In this document: in pieces, positions 1-10,579 of the stretch
Numbering within the stretch: position 1 is the stretch's first letter
Layout of the letters: each line of letters starts with the position of its first letter
Assembly (NCBI GenBank): GCA_963822585.1
Contig: CAWGIE010000047.1
Coordinates: 32,001-96,000, forward strand
Direction of reading: 5' to 3'
Source of the DNA: an uncultured bacterium
GTDB taxonomy: Bacteria > Auribacterota > Erginobacteria > Erginobacterales > Erginobacteraceae
Length of the DNA stretch: 64,000 bases
Made by a program: the position numbers and the translations under genes
Notes under the pieces: generated by a model
Database searches by the model: none
What the model was told of the DNA's origin: nothing
Seen by the model: only the letters and a program-made list of their open reading frames with translations

Positions 1-355
1 GAAGGTTTTCGCCCGGGATCCGTCGGTGGCGGTATATCTCTTCGGGCACACCCATACCCCTTCCCTGCAGCATCTCGACGGCCGGGTGATTATCAATACC
101 GGGACCTGGCTGAAGATGCTGATCCGGGTAAAATCCCGCTTCCGGCTTCTCCCGGCGGTCTATTATCCGACCTTCCGTCTCAATTACTTCCGGATCTTTG
201 ATGAAGGGGGCCGGGTCGTGATCGAATATAAGCTGATCCCCCGGGCAACCATCTCCGGCTTAACCTTCCTGCAGAAGCTGGTGACCCTGGGAAGAAAGCG
301 GGCGGTCAATTTCAATATCCCGGCCCGCACGGTGGTGGGGGAGAACAGCACCTGA
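1..355 (+). CDS. Metallophosphoesterase (calcineurin-like), 3' part; truncated by window edge
   Basis: Frame open from window start; FGHTH and INTGTW motifs typical of the metallophosphoesterase C-terminus. Confidence 0.65.
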   Translation, partial: KVFARDPSVAVYLFGHTHTPSLQHLDGRVIINTGTWLKMLIRVKSRFRLLPAVYYPTFRLNYFRIFDEGGRVVIEYKLIPRATISGLTFLQKLVTLGRKRAVNFNIPARTVVGENST

Positions 356-583
356 TTTTTATCCCGAGGTGCCGGAGGCACTTTTCGGGGACACTGGTGG
401 TTTAAACTTATGTAGCCGGCAAAGCTAATTATTACCACGAAGGACACGAAGTTCACGAAGAGAATGCTTAAAAAGGAAAACCATATTTATTCACCCATTC
501 AGGGGAGATTCTTGAATAGGTAATCGTACTTAAATTTCTTGTATTACTAAGGAGAGCATAAAATAGATTGCATTATGTGAACT

Positions 584-676
584 GGTCATTGCGAGCGCAG
601 CGAAGCAATCTCTTGTTCCCAAAATGATTGAGATTGCTTCGTCTCCCTCACTTCGTTCGGGATCCTCGCAATGACC
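584..676. repeat. Palindromic dispersed repeat (GGTCATTGCGAG...CTCGCAATGACC)
   Basis: Terminal inverted repeats plus internal CGAAGCAATCTC/GAGATTGCTTCG stem; a half-copy occurs at about 48959-48991. Confidence 0.75.
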
Positions 677-806
677 GGTTAAACTGTTTAATGCGCCCCG
701 TCGTAATAACGCCATAACCGCGGATGAAGCGGATTGGGCTGATTGCGGTGGTAAAATCCGATTAATCTGTTTCATCCGCGGTTTGATTGAATTCCGTGGT
801 ATCGGG

Positions 807-1271
807 TCAACCGATGGCGAAGGCGCCCGGGATCGGGTGTGCCAGTCTTTCGAAATCAGCGTAACCGAGACGGATCAGTTCCCGGTGACTCCCGGCATTG
901 AAAGCGATCTCACGGTCCCGGGCCAGCTTTTCCGCCGCGAAGACCTTGATACCGTAAAGGTTGCCGAAAGGCGGCATCGCCCCCAGCTCGCACCCCGGGA
1001 AAAGATCTGCGAACTCCTCTTCACCGGCGATCTCGACTTTCTTGGCCCCCGCCACCGTGGCGAGGAGAGCCGTATCCACCCGGTAGGAGGCGGGCAGCAC
1101 GGCCATGGCCAGCTCGCCGTCGATCCTGACGATGATGGTCTTGGCCAGCTCTTTCCCCGGGATATCGGCCGCCGCCGCGATTTCCTGGGCGGTATAGGCC
1201 AGGGAATGGTCGATGGTCACGTACTTGACCTTGTTGCTGTCGAGAAATTCCTTGAGCTTCTTCGTCGGCAT
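807..1271 (-). CDS. YbaK/EbsC family aminoacyl-tRNA deacylase
   Basis: LAKT, GCELGAMPPFG and FNAGSH motifs; AGGAGG upstream. Confidence 0.9.
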   Translation of the reverse strand: MPTKKLKEFLDSNKVKYVTIDHSLAYTAQEIAAAADIPGKELAKTIIVRIDGELAMAVLPASYRVDTALLATVAGAKKVEIAGEEEFADLFPGCELGAMPPFGNLYGIKVFAAEKLARDREIAFNAGSHRELIRLGYADFERLAHPIPGAFAIG

Positions 1272-1535
1272 GGCCGCCTCCTTTGTTTAAAGGAGTGTTG
1301 GAGTGGTGGAATAGCCGCCTTCGCCATAGTAGCCTACGGCTACGTCGGCTGAAATGGAGGGGGGGGGAACGCCGCCTCCCGATAGCCCATCATTCCATTA
1401 CTCCATTACTCCATTTAGTTGAGGGTATAAAATGCATAAGGTCCGCTATGAATATAGTATACACCAGCGATACTGCTTTTCCAAGCATTGTTTTTCAATT
1501 TACACGGCAGCCCCGGGCATATTATGCTTGATGGC

Positions 1536-3035
1536 ATGAAATACGAGACCGTGATCGGGCTGGAGGTTCATGTCCAGCTTAAAACCAGGACCAAGATCTT
1601 CTGCGCCTGCCCGGTGGAGTGGGGCGGGGAACCGAATACCCGGGTCTGCCCCGTCTGCCTGGGGCTCCCGGGGGTTCTCCCGGTGCTCAATGAGCACGTC
1701 CTCGAACTGGCGGTCCGGGCCGGGCTGGTCCTGAACTGCGCGGTCTCCTCGTTCAGCAAGTTCGACCGGAAGAATTACTTTTACCCCGATCTCCCCAAGG
1801 CCTATCAGATCTCCCAGTTTGACCGTCCTCTGAACGGCCCCGGCCATATGGATATTGAATGCGCGGGTGAAAAGAAGAGGATCGGCATCACCCGCGCGCA
1901 TCTGGAGGAGGACGCGGGCAAGCTCGTCCACTTCGAGAAGGAGGGCTGCAGCGGGGTTGACTACAACCGGACCGGTGTTCCCCTGCTGGAGATCGTCAGC
2001 GACCCGGATCTCCGCTCCCCGCGCGAGGCCTACGAATACCTGAAGACCCTGCGGACGATGATGCGGTATGCCGGGATCAGCGACTGCGACATGGAGAAAG
2101 GCAGCTTCCGCTGCGACGCCAACGTTTCACTGCGTCCGTCCGGCGCCGCCGAGCTAGGGGTGAAGGTCGAGATCAAGAACATGAATTCCTTCAAGGCGGT
2201 GGAAAACGCCCTTGCCTTTGAGGTGGAACGGCAGGCCGGTTTGCTGGACCGGGGAGAGCCGGTCGTCCAGGAGACCCGGCTCTACAACGCCGATCGGGGA
2301 AAGACGTTTTCGATGAGGAGCAAGGAAGAGGCCCATGATTATCGTTATTTCCCCGATCCCGACCTGGTCCCGATCGTCATCGAGAAGGAAGAGGTGGACC
2401 AAATCCGGGGGAGCCTCCCCGAATTGCCGGCCGCCCGCCGCGAGCGGTTCCGGGAACAGTACGGTCTTTCCGAGTACGATGCCGGCGTCCTGACCGCGGA
2501 AAAAGAGCTGGCCGATTTTTTTGAGGAAGTTTTTAAATATTACGGAGGCGAAAACTACAAATCTGTCTGCAATTGGATTACTGCCGAACTCCTTGGATTA
2601 TTAAACGAAGATAATATCCCTATTGAAAAGTCTCCTGTTAGTCCCAGAGAGATAGCTGAAATACAAGAGGCAATGGATCATGGAACAATAAGCGGGAAAA
2701 TAGGGAAAACGGTGCTCAAAATTGCATATGATTCCGAAAGTATGCTTCCAACAGGTACTAACCAAGGAAGACAACAAGTTGTAATAAATAGAGAAGGTCG
2801 TATTCAATTAATTATACAAAAAGAAGGTCTTGAACAAATGAGCGACAGTGGGGAAATTGAGGAAATATTAGATAAAATAATTTTTGAAAATCCGTCCGCT
2901 GTAACGGATTTTCAGGGGGGGAAGAAGAACGCCCTCAGCTTCCTGGTCGGCCAGGTGATGAAGGAGACCCGGGGGAAGGCCAACCCCGGCCTGGTCAATC
3001 AACTCCTGCGGGAGAAGCTCTCCGGGAAGGAATAA
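1536..3035 (+). CDS. gatB: Asp-tRNA(Asn)/Glu-tRNA(Gln) amidotransferase subunit B
   Basis: IGLEVHVQL, RKNYFYPDLPKAYQISQ, HLEEDAGK, MRSKEEAHDYRYFPDPDL, FLVGQVMKETRGKANP. Confidence 0.97.
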   Translation: MKYETVIGLEVHVQLKTRTKIFCACPVEWGGEPNTRVCPVCLGLPGVLPVLNEHVLELAVRAGLVLNCAVSSFSKFDRKNYFYPDLPKAYQISQFDRPLNGPGHMDIECAGEKKRIGITRAHLEEDAGKLVHFEKEGCSGVDYNRTGVPLLEIVSDPDLRSPREAYEYLKTLRTMMRYAGISDCDMEKGSFRCDANVSLRPSGAAELGVKVEIKNMNSFKAVENALAFEVERQAGLLDRGEPVVQETRLYNADRGKTFSMRSKEEAHDYRYFPDPDLVPIVIEKEEVDQIRGSLPELPAARRERFREQYGLSEYDAGVLTAEKELADFFEEVFKYYGGENYKSVCNWITAELLGLLNEDNIPIEKSPVSPREIAEIQEAMDHGTISGKIGKTVLKIAYDSESMLPTGTNQGRQQVVINREGRIQLIIQKEGLEQMSDSGEIEEILDKIIFENPSAVTDFQGGKKNALSFLVGQVMKETRGKANPGLVNQLLREKLSGKE

Positions 3036-3039
3036 AAGC

Positions 3040-3082
3040 CGAACGTTCAACGCTCAACGCTCAACGTTCAACGTTCAACGTC
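3040..3082. repeat. Heptamer tract (AACGTTC/AACGCTC)
   Basis: aacgttc aacgctc aacgctc aacgttc aacgttc; overlaps the stop codon of the convergent kinase gene. Confidence 0.85.
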
Positions 3083-5260
3083 TTGGCAGCAGCGGCGCAG
3101 GACTTCGGAGAGCTCGGAGATCTTGTAGGGCTTGATGAGGACGTCACAGAACCCCATCGCCCGGTAAGCGGCCATCTCGGCCTGAACGGAGTATCCGCTG
3201 GAAACGATCACCCGGGCCTCGGGATCGATCTCCCGGATGATTTTTACCGCCCTGCTGCCGCCCATCCCCCCGGGGACGGTCAGATCGAGGATAACCGCGT
3301 CGAAGGGGGCGCCGCGCGCCCGCGCTTCCCGAAATTTTTCGATCGCTTCGTTGCCGTCGTTGGCCTGGACGACCTCGTAGCCGAGCCGCCGGGCCAGCCT
3401 CTCCGCCACGTTCCGGACGATCTCCTCGTCGTCCATGATCAGGACCCGGCCCTTGCCCGTCGCCAGGAGATCTTCACTGCGCGGGCCGTTCGGGAGCTCC
3501 TTCGCGGAGGCCGGGAGGTATACGGAGACGACGGTCCCCTCGCCCGGGCGGGAATCCGTTTTGATCAGACCCCCGTGGTTTTTGACGATGGAGTAGGCCG
3601 TTGCCAGGCCTAATCCGGTTCCCTGCTCCCGGGTGGTGAAATAGGGATCGAAAATCTTGTGGATGTTTTCCGGCGGGATGCCGACCCCGTCATCCGCGAT
3701 CGATATTTTCACGTAATCCCCTTCGGTGAGAGAAAGGCCGCTGTCCCGTCCCACGGGCAGATTTTCCGCGGTCACTCTCACCACGCCTCCCTTGGGCATG
3801 GCCTGGTCCGCGTTGAGGACGATATTGTTGATGACCTGGTTGATCTGTCCCTCGTCGACCTCGACCGGGGGGAGGGTGGTGGAGAGGGAGAAAGAGCATC
3901 TCGATCGCGATCCGCTCAAAGCGAAAGAGGCGGCTTTCCTGATCAGGTCATTGATGATCATGGTTTTTTTGACCGGTTTCCCCCCCCGGGAGAAGGTGAG
4001 AAGCTGGTTGGTCAGGGTCTTTGCCTGGAGGCAGGCCTGCTCCGACTCCCGGAGGGCCCGGGCCGAGTCACTCTCCGGCGCCGCCTCCAGCCGGGCGAAG
4101 GATATGTTCCCCATGATGGCGGTGAGCAGGTTGTTGAAATCATGGGCGAGGCCGCCGGCCAGGATGCCGATGGAGTCGAGCTTCTGCGACTTCAGCACCT
4201 CATGCTCCAGGCGTTTCCTCTCGCTGATGTCGCGCAAGGTTCCGCAGATTTTTTCCGGCTTTCCGCCCCGATCGACGATCAGCCGGGCCGTCAGCGCGCA
4301 GGGAATCTCCCGCCCGTCCTTATCCTTTAAAATGATTTCATAGTCCTTCACCACCCCGCTCTTGCTGATTTCTTCAACGAAACGCTTTCTCCGGGCGGGA
4401 TCGGCGTGCAGCGCGGCGGCATTCAGGGTAGGCAGCTCTTCCCGGCTGTAAAGGAAAGTATCATGGAAGGAGGGGCTCAACACAAGAATCCGGCCGTCCA
4501 GGGTGGTCTCATAGTAGATATCCTGGATGTTTTCGAAGATATGACGGTACTTCTCCTCGCTCTCCCGGATCGTCTCTCCCGCTTTTTCCAGTTCGTCCAC
4601 GGTGAGCGTGAGTTCGCGATTCTTCCGGACGATCTTCTTCTGCGACGCCGCCCGCATGTATTCGAAGATATAACCCAGGGCCATGGCGGTGAAGAGAGTG
4701 GGGATGAACCGGCGGACAAAATCCGGGGAGTACCGGGTGAAGAGCAGGGGGGAATCGGGGACGAAAAGGACCAGGCCGGAAAAAAGAAAAAAGAGCAGGG
4801 TGAGCCAGGTCCCCGCCTGTACCCCCACCAGGATGAACATGGTTCCGGGGAGGGTATAAATCCAGAGCGGACCGGTATTGCCGCTCCCCCCGGTGGCAAG
4901 CAGGTAAGCGAAGCCGCCGTAGAGCAGGATTGCCGCCACCCAGCTGGCCGTCCGGTAGTTTTCCGCCCAACGGAGGAAGATGAAGTTAAAAATCACCAGG
5001 AGGCCGATCGAGGTGATGACCCACCCGGTCGGCAGCACGCCGCTCGCGATGTCATAGACGCCGAATCCGAGCAGGCAGGGCGCGGCCACGATCCCGATCG
5101 TATTGACCAGGAGAATCCTCAGGAAGACCCCGATGTCATCCTGGTACTTGTCAAAGGTGCCGCTGGTTATGATATTCATACCCAGCCGGCGCAGTGTGGG
5201 GAGAATGCCTTTCATCGTCATTTCCCGAGATAAAACCGGAATCGCGAATAACGTATCCAT
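3068..5260 (-). CDS. Membrane hybrid sensor histidine kinase (TM-PAS-HisKA-HATPase-REC); start uncertain (5260/5221/5182)
   Basis: N-terminal TM helices, PAS, AGGLAHDFNNLL, FDPYFTT, GTGLGL, receiver LIMDDE...LDLTVPG. Confidence 0.93.
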   Translation of the reverse strand: MDTLFAIPVLSREMTMKGILPTLRRLGMNIITSGTFDKYQDDIGVFLRILLVNTIGIVAAPCLLGFGVYDIASGVLPTGWVITSIGLLVIFNFIFLRWAENYRTASWVAAILLYGGFAYLLATGGSGNTGPLWIYTLPGTMFILVGVQAGTWLTLLFFLFSGLVLFVPDSPLLFTRYSPDFVRRFIPTLFTAMALGYIFEYMRAASQKKIVRKNRELTLTVDELEKAGETIRESEEKYRHIFENIQDIYYETTLDGRILVLSPSFHDTFLYSREELPTLNAAALHADPARRKRFVEEISKSGVVKDYEIILKDKDGREIPCALTARLIVDRGGKPEKICGTLRDISERKRLEHEVLKSQKLDSIGILAGGLAHDFNNLLTAIMGNISFARLEAAPESDSARALRESEQACLQAKTLTNQLLTFSRGGKPVKKTMIINDLIRKAASFALSGSRSRCSFSLSTTLPPVEVDEGQINQVINNIVLNADQAMPKGGVVRVTAENLPVGRDSGLSLTEGDYVKISIADDGVGIPPENIHKIFDPYFTTREQGTGLGLATAYSIVKNHGGLIKTDSRPGEGTVVSVYLPASAKELPNGPRSEDLLATGKGRVLIMDDEEIVRNVAERLARRLGYEVVQANDGNEAIEKFREARARGAPFDAVILDLTVPGGMGGSRAVKIIREIDPEARVIVSSGYSVQAEMAAYRAMGFCDVLIKPYKISELSEVLRRCCQDVER

Positions 5261-5461
5261 CGCCGGCCTCTATTCCGGCGGATGTCTTAAGCCGTATCAG
5301 AATATAGCAGTCCTACCGGCCGTGGAAAAGGGAAAAACGGCACGGCTGCTCCTGCTTCTTTCCCGGCAAAGCTGTTGGCAAAAAAATCACCACTCTGTAT
5401 ACTGTCAGGATTGGCCGGTGTTTAAATAACGCTTCAAGTTAAGGCAGTGAAGGAGATAGGC

Positions 5462-5659
5462 GTGAAAAGGAAACTACTGGAAAATCAGAAACTGGGAGAA
5501 TCCCTCTCCATGAACGTGGAGATGGAGGACGGCCGGGTGTGGCTGCACCTCACCTCGCCCGGCAAAACCGTCAGCTATATTTTTTCCTTCGACGAGTGGG
5601 AGGGTTTTGTCGACGCGGTGAAGTGGGCCAACGCTTCAATGGCGGGGGAAGAGGACTGA
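5462..5659 (+). CDS. Small hypothetical protein
   Basis: AAGGAG RBS ahead of GTG at 5462; protein-like composition. Confidence 0.55.
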   Translation: MKRKLLENQKLGESLSMNVEMEDGRVWLHLTSPGKTVSYIFSFDEWEGFVDAVKWANASMAGEED

Positions 5660-5685
5660 AACACCGCCGGGATCGGGCCGGACTC

Positions 5686-6792
5686 TCAGTCCATCTTCCC
5701 GACTTCGCCGCAGGTGGAGGCGATGACCGCCTCGAACTCGCCGTCCGGCCGTTTCTGCGCCCCCTCTCCCCGCCAGGTGCGAATGCCGGCGAGCATCACG
5801 CGGCCTTCGATCCGGTCGCCCTCGAGGTAGTCGCCCCGTTCGGCCCCGTGGTAGAGAATCAGCCGGAGTTCTCCCTTCCGGTTTTTCCCGTCGATCTTCA
5901 CCCCTTCGAGGCCGAGGATGGTCGGGTTATAGGCGTTGAAGGTGTGGTCACAGACCCGTCCCTCTATCCGCACCATCCCCCGCTCCTCGCAGGAAAAATT
6001 CCTCAGCGGAAACTCGTCCGGGTCCAGGGGGGAGAAGAAGGGGCAGAACATGGTCCGGTGTCCGTCCACCTCTTCCCAATAACGGATGGGCCAGAACTTG
6101 CCGGACTCAATGACCCGGCGGTCCTCATCGCGGGCGGTCAGCCGCCGGAGGTCTTCCACGATCCGGCGCACCTCGCTGATTGTCCCATGGATCACCACGT
6201 CGAGATCATGGGGGCTTTCGTAGTTTCCCAGGGAGACGGACCCGGACATGCCGTACTGTTCCGGAGATATCCCCAGACGTTCGGCGCTGGCCTCGATCGC
6301 CCGCTTGATGCGCCGCGCCCGGCCGTCACCCCCCCCGGCCCGCCGCCGGATGGCGTCGAGGGAATGCCGGGTCGGGAAACAGCCGACGAAGGAGGAGACC
6401 GGGACGAAGACTTTGTAGGTCGCCCAGTAGGGGCGCGGGCCGGCCAGGGAAGGATCGACCTTCAGGTACTCTTCCATCTGGAACCGGTCGAAGAGCTCGG
6501 GCGGCTGGGTGGCCATGATCACCTTGGTGACGTTCTCATAGGCCTGCCCGAAGATCTTTTTCCGGGCGTAGCCGGGGATCTCTCCCCGCTGGGGGGTGAA
6601 GATGATGTGCGAGGTCAGGAGCCGCTCCCCGCTCTGGGGATCTACCGGGTGATAGTATCCCTGGCTGAAGATGAAGTTGCCGTCATGGCGGAGAAAGTAG
6701 GTGGCGTCCCGGAAAGCCGTGTAGTCTTCCATCGGGACGATGAAGTCGGAGAAGAGATCGCTCTGGCGCATCCTGTCAATCTGTCCGGTCAT
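5686..6792 (-). CDS. Predicted nucleotidyltransferase (Pol-beta superfamily; resembles archaeal-type COG1665)
   Basis: SGSVSLGNYESPHDLDVVIHG = GS-x10-DxD; G-rich RBS before ATG 6792. Confidence 0.6.
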   Translation of the reverse strand: MTGQIDRMRQSDLFSDFIVPMEDYTAFRDATYFLRHDGNFIFSQGYYHPVDPQSGERLLTSHIIFTPQRGEIPGYARKKIFGQAYENVTKVIMATQPPELFDRFQMEEYLKVDPSLAGPRPYWATYKVFVPVSSFVGCFPTRHSLDAIRRRAGGGDGRARRIKRAIEASAERLGISPEQYGMSGSVSLGNYESPHDLDVVIHGTISEVRRIVEDLRRLTARDEDRRVIESGKFWPIRYWEEVDGHRTMFCPFFSPLDPDEFPLRNFSCEERGMVRIEGRVCDHTFNAYNPTILGLEGVKIDGKNRKGELRLILYHGAERGDYLEGDRIEGRVMLAGIRTWRGEGAQKRPDGEFEAVIASTCGEVGKMD

Positions 6793-7154
6793 GGTATGTT
6801 CCCCCCTAACACGAAATGTTCCCGCCTGCGGAATGGCACAAGTCGATAAATGAGCGGCTTGGCCGCCCATTGAGTGAACTTCTGCTTTTTAAACGTGAAA
6901 CAGGTAACTTAAAGGGGGGGGAGAATATACCGCGTCCGGCCGGTTGTCAACCGTGATGGTGAATAGTGAAGCGGATCACGATGATACCGTTGTATTTTTT
7001 TTCAACTCCATGTAATTGATGAAAAAGATAATTCAGCTCATTTGTCGAAAAAACTTCGTGATCTTCGCGACCTCCGGGTTTAAATTAGTTTGAGGTATGA
7101 TTATTTATTAAAACAGTTCCATAAGGTTTTGTCGCCGGGAGGTTCCAGAATCAG

Positions 7155-8057
7155 ATGAACAGAGTTAGAACATGGCTCCGGGTCTCGCGTTTTAATTTCC
7201 TCCCTGTCAGCCTCCTTCCCTATGGCACGGGCAGCGCCGCCGCCGTGGCGGCCGGGCGCTTCGATCTTCCGATCTTCCTCGCCGGACTGCTGGGGACCGT
7301 TATGGTTCATCTGGCCGCCAACCTCTTCAACGAGTACTGGGACGACCGCTTCCGGGCGGACCGGGGAGAAGAAGAGTACCGGCCCCACTTCGGGGGGTCC
7401 AAAGCCATCCAGAGAGGCCAGGTCGCCCCCGCGGCCGTGCGCCGGGCGGCCGCGGCCTGTCTTGCCGCCGCCGTCCTGATCGGCCTTCTGCTCTCCCTCT
7501 CACTCCAGAGCGTCCTCCTGATGCTCCTTGTCCTGGTCGGCGCCTTCATTGCCTGGGCGTATACCGCCCCTCCGTTTTCCTTCGCCTACCGCGGACTGGG
7601 GGAGGTCACTCTCCTGATCGCCTTCGGGCCGCTGCTGGTCCTGGGCGGCTTTTTGCTGCAGACGGGGATCATCACCGCCGGGGTTCTTCTTCTCTCCCTG
7701 GCTCCGGGTTTTCTCATCGCCGCCGTCCTGATCGCCAACGAGTTCAGCGACGCGGCCAGCGATGGCCGGGCCGGGAAGCGGAATCTGGCGGTCCGGACCG
7801 GACCGCGCCGAACGCTTGCCGTCTACCGGGTGTGCCTGGTTTGCGCTTACGCCGCCCCGGTGGTGTGTGTCCTCCTCCGGTGGTATCCCGTTCCTCTCCT
7901 GGCCGTGCTGGCCGCTGTCCCTCTTGCCTTCTCCGCGTCCCGCCTGCTGGGGCGGGCGGTGCAAAACGGGATCGATTTCACCGCCAGCAGCGCCCGGACC
8001 ATCCAGTTCTTTCTGGCCTTTCATTTTCTCCTCATTGGGGGTATCATTCTGGCATGA
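7155..8057 (+). CDS. menA: UbiA-family prenyltransferase, MenA-like
   Basis: ANLFNEYWD, YTAPP, YRGLGE, IANEFSD...D..AGKRNLAVR; multiple TM helices. Confidence 0.8.
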   Translation: MNRVRTWLRVSRFNFLPVSLLPYGTGSAAAVAAGRFDLPIFLAGLLGTVMVHLAANLFNEYWDDRFRADRGEEEYRPHFGGSKAIQRGQVAPAAVRRAAAACLAAAVLIGLLLSLSLQSVLLMLLVLVGAFIAWAYTAPPFSFAYRGLGEVTLLIAFGPLLVLGGFLLQTGIITAGVLLLSLAPGFLIAAVLIANEFSDAASDGRAGKRNLAVRTGPRRTLAVYRVCLVCAYAAPVVCVLLRWYPVPLLAVLAAVPLAFSASRLLGRAVQNGIDFTASSARTIQFFLAFHFLLIGGIILA

Positions 8058-9025
8058 AAAACCGGACCCCCGCCGCCGATCTTGTTCGTCTGGATAGGGA
8101 ACTTGCCTCCGCTCTCCGCCCCCCCCACGCCTTTCTGGGGCAGATCAGCCGGCAGGCGCTGCAGAACGGGGGGAAAAAGCGCCGAGGCAGTCTGATCCTC
8201 ATCCTGGGGAGACTCCTGGGCGCTCCCCGGGGGAGCGTCATCAAGACCGCGGCGGCGGCGGAGATCGTTCACCTGGCCACCCTGATCCACGACGACGTCA
8301 TCGACGGCGCCCTCCGGCGAAGGAGTCGTCCGTCGCTCCCCCATGCCCAGGGCGTGGTCCCGGCGCTTCTCTACGGCGATATCCTCTTCAGCCGGGGGGT
8401 CTCCACCGTCAACCGGCTGGGGAACCGGGAGCTGACCGACCTGCTCCTGGAGACGGTCCATTCGCTCTGTTCGGGCGAGATCCAGGAGAGCCGTCTCTCC
8501 CGGAAGTTCCCCTGGACGGAAAGAGATTATCTGCGGGTGGCCTCCCTGAAGACGGCCGCTCTCTTCCAGTACTGCTGCCAGGCCCCCGGGATCCTGGCCG
8601 GTCTCCCGGCCCGGAAGCTGAATATTCTTCGGCGTTTCGGCGGGAACCTGGGCCTGGCCTATCAGACGGCCGATGACTGCCTCGACTTCGCTTGCGGCGC
8701 GGCCGGGAAGGACCGTCTGGCCGATCTCAAGAACGGCGTCCCCAGCTTTCCGCTCGTCCTCGCCGCCGGGGATGCCGTTCTGCGAGATGAATTGCGGAGA
8801 AAGATGAATAACGGCCTCACGGAAAAAGAGACCTCCCGGCTGGCCGGGATGATCCGGCGAGGCGGCTTTATCCGCCAGGCCCGGGCCCGGGCCCGGGGAT
8901 ACCTGGCCGCCGCCCGCCGGGACGGGAAGATAATCGGACGGTGGGGAGATCGGCGGTTCGATCTGGTTTTACAGGCATATCTGGACGAGCAGGACCGCGC
9001 TCTCGACCGACCGAAGGAGGGTTGA
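8054..9025 (+). CDS. Polyprenyl diphosphate synthase
   Basis: GGKKRR, HLATLIHDDVID (first Asp-rich motif), KTAALF, YQTADDCLD; ATGA overlap with the upstream gene. Confidence 0.88.
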   Translation: MKNRTPAADLVRLDRELASALRPPHAFLGQISRQALQNGGKKRRGSLILILGRLLGAPRGSVIKTAAAAEIVHLATLIHDDVIDGALRRRSRPSLPHAQGVVPALLYGDILFSRGVSTVNRLGNRELTDLLLETVHSLCSGEIQESRLSRKFPWTERDYLRVASLKTAALFQYCCQAPGILAGLPARKLNILRRFGGNLGLAYQTADDCLDFACGAAGKDRLADLKNGVPSFPLVLAAGDAVLRDELRRKMNNGLTEKETSRLAGMIRRGGFIRQARARARGYLAAARRDGKIIGRWGDRRFDLVLQAYLDEQDRALDRPKEG

Positions 9026-10189
9026 ATGATGAATAAAAAAACGATCGTCGTCGCCGGCGGCGGCTTCGCGGGCTGCAACCTGATCAGGCGACTGCCCCAC
9101 CACGCCGGCCTGGAAGTGATCCTGGTCGATCCGCGGAAGGAGGCGGTTTTTCTCCCCCTCCTGCCCGACGCGGTGGCGGGAAAAGTGGAGTTCGGGAAGT
9201 TGCTCTTCAACCTCCCCGAGTTCTGTCGCCGGAGAAGGGTCACGTTTATCAATCAGGCTGCCGTTAGGGTCTCCGAGGGGAGGAAACTTCTTCTGGCTGA
9301 CGGGCGGGAAATCCCTTTTGACTTTCTGGTCGTCTCCGCCGGGCAGGAGCCGAATTTCTACGGGAACGACCGGGCTCGGGCGAGCGCCTTCACCCTGGCG
9401 GGGATAGAGGATGCCCGCCGTCTGCGCCGGCGGATGGAAGAGGTCTTGCGGCAGGGGCGCGACCACACCTTCCTGGTCGTGGGAGGAGGGTACACCGGCG
9501 TGGAGACGGCTTCCGCCCTCGTATTCGCGGGGAGAAGGCTGGCCGGGGGGGGTGAGGCGCCTTTCACCGTCCGGATCGCGGAGATGGCTCCGCGGATTCT
9601 GGGACATCTCCCGGAAAAGATCGCCGGGCCGGCCCGGCGCGAGGTCTCCCGCCTGGGTATCGAAGTCACCCTCTCGGCCCGGCTGGAAGTGACGGACGGC
9701 GGAGAGGTGATCCTGAACGGGGAGACGGTCACGGATCTCACCCTGGTCTGGTCGGCCGGGATGCGGGCGGTCGACTTTATCCGGGGGTTGGATTACCCCC
9801 GGGATAAGCAGGGCCGCCTCCTGGTCGCCCCCGATCTCAGCCTGCCGGATTCCGGCCATATCTTCGCCCTCGGCGACAGTGCCGCCGTCGCCGACGCCGG
9901 CGGCGCCTTTCTCCGGATGGCGGTTCAGTTCTCCTGGGCGGAGGGGATCGCCGCCGCCCGCAACATTCGCCGCCGGCTCGCGGGGAAGCCTTCGCTGCCC
10001 TATCGTCCCCGCGATTACGGCTACCTGATCCCGCTTGCTTCCGGGAGAGCCTGGGGGTCTGTCCTGGGCGCTCGGGTCGGGGGACGGTTGGGATCGTTTC
10101 TGCATTATTTCATGTGCGTGTACCGCACGTTGAGCTGGAAGAACAGGATCGGTATCATCAAAGACCTGATAGTGGGAATAAGGGAGTGA
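9026..10189 (+). CDS. Type II NADH dehydrogenase-like FAD oxidoreductase
   Basis: GGGFAG FAD motif, VVGGGYTGVE NAD motif, VWSAG, FALGD. Confidence 0.85.
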   Translation: MMNKKTIVVAGGGFAGCNLIRRLPHHAGLEVILVDPRKEAVFLPLLPDAVAGKVEFGKLLFNLPEFCRRRRVTFINQAAVRVSEGRKLLLADGREIPFDFLVVSAGQEPNFYGNDRARASAFTLAGIEDARRLRRRMEEVLRQGRDHTFLVVGGGYTGVETASALVFAGRRLAGGGEAPFTVRIAEMAPRILGHLPEKIAGPARREVSRLGIEVTLSARLEVTDGGEVILNGETVTDLTLVWSAGMRAVDFIRGLDYPRDKQGRLLVAPDLSLPDSGHIFALGDSAAVADAGGAFLRMAVQFSWAEGIAAARNIRRRLAGKPSLPYRPRDYGYLIPLASGRAWGSVLGARVGGRLGSFLHYFMCVYRTLSWKNRIGIIKDLIVGIRE

Positions 10190-10320
10190 TGGCCCGCCTT
10201 CGCTGAAGCTTCGGCGGGTGAAAGTGGTGGAGTGATGGATTCATCGGGCTGGACGGGCATCTGTTTCCCAGTACTCCATTACTCCAATTCAGCTGACGCA
10301 GTCATACGCTATACCCTGTA

Positions 10321-10517
10321 GGGTCGACTCGAAAAGATATTCGAGCGGGAAATTCTAAATCCTAAATAAAACCTAAATCCCAATTACCGAATGCTCAAAA
10401 AATCGCCGGTTTTAGCCCCATCGTTTAGGGTTTTTCAGTTTTGGTCATTTGATATTGTTTAGGATTTAGTATTTCGGTATTAGGATTTAAGAACTTATGA
10501 GCTTTTCGAGTGAGCTC
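10321..10517. repeat. AT-rich MITE-like long hairpin element
   Basis: ACTCGAAAAG (10327) / CTTTTCGAGT (10502) inverted ends; internal CTAAATCCTAAA / TTTAGGATTTAG inverted arms. Confidence 0.55.
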
Positions 10518-10579
10518 AAGCCGCTATGGCTAAGGTGGCTTACTCCAACAATTCTTACCTACGACAAAGGAGCTTTGCC

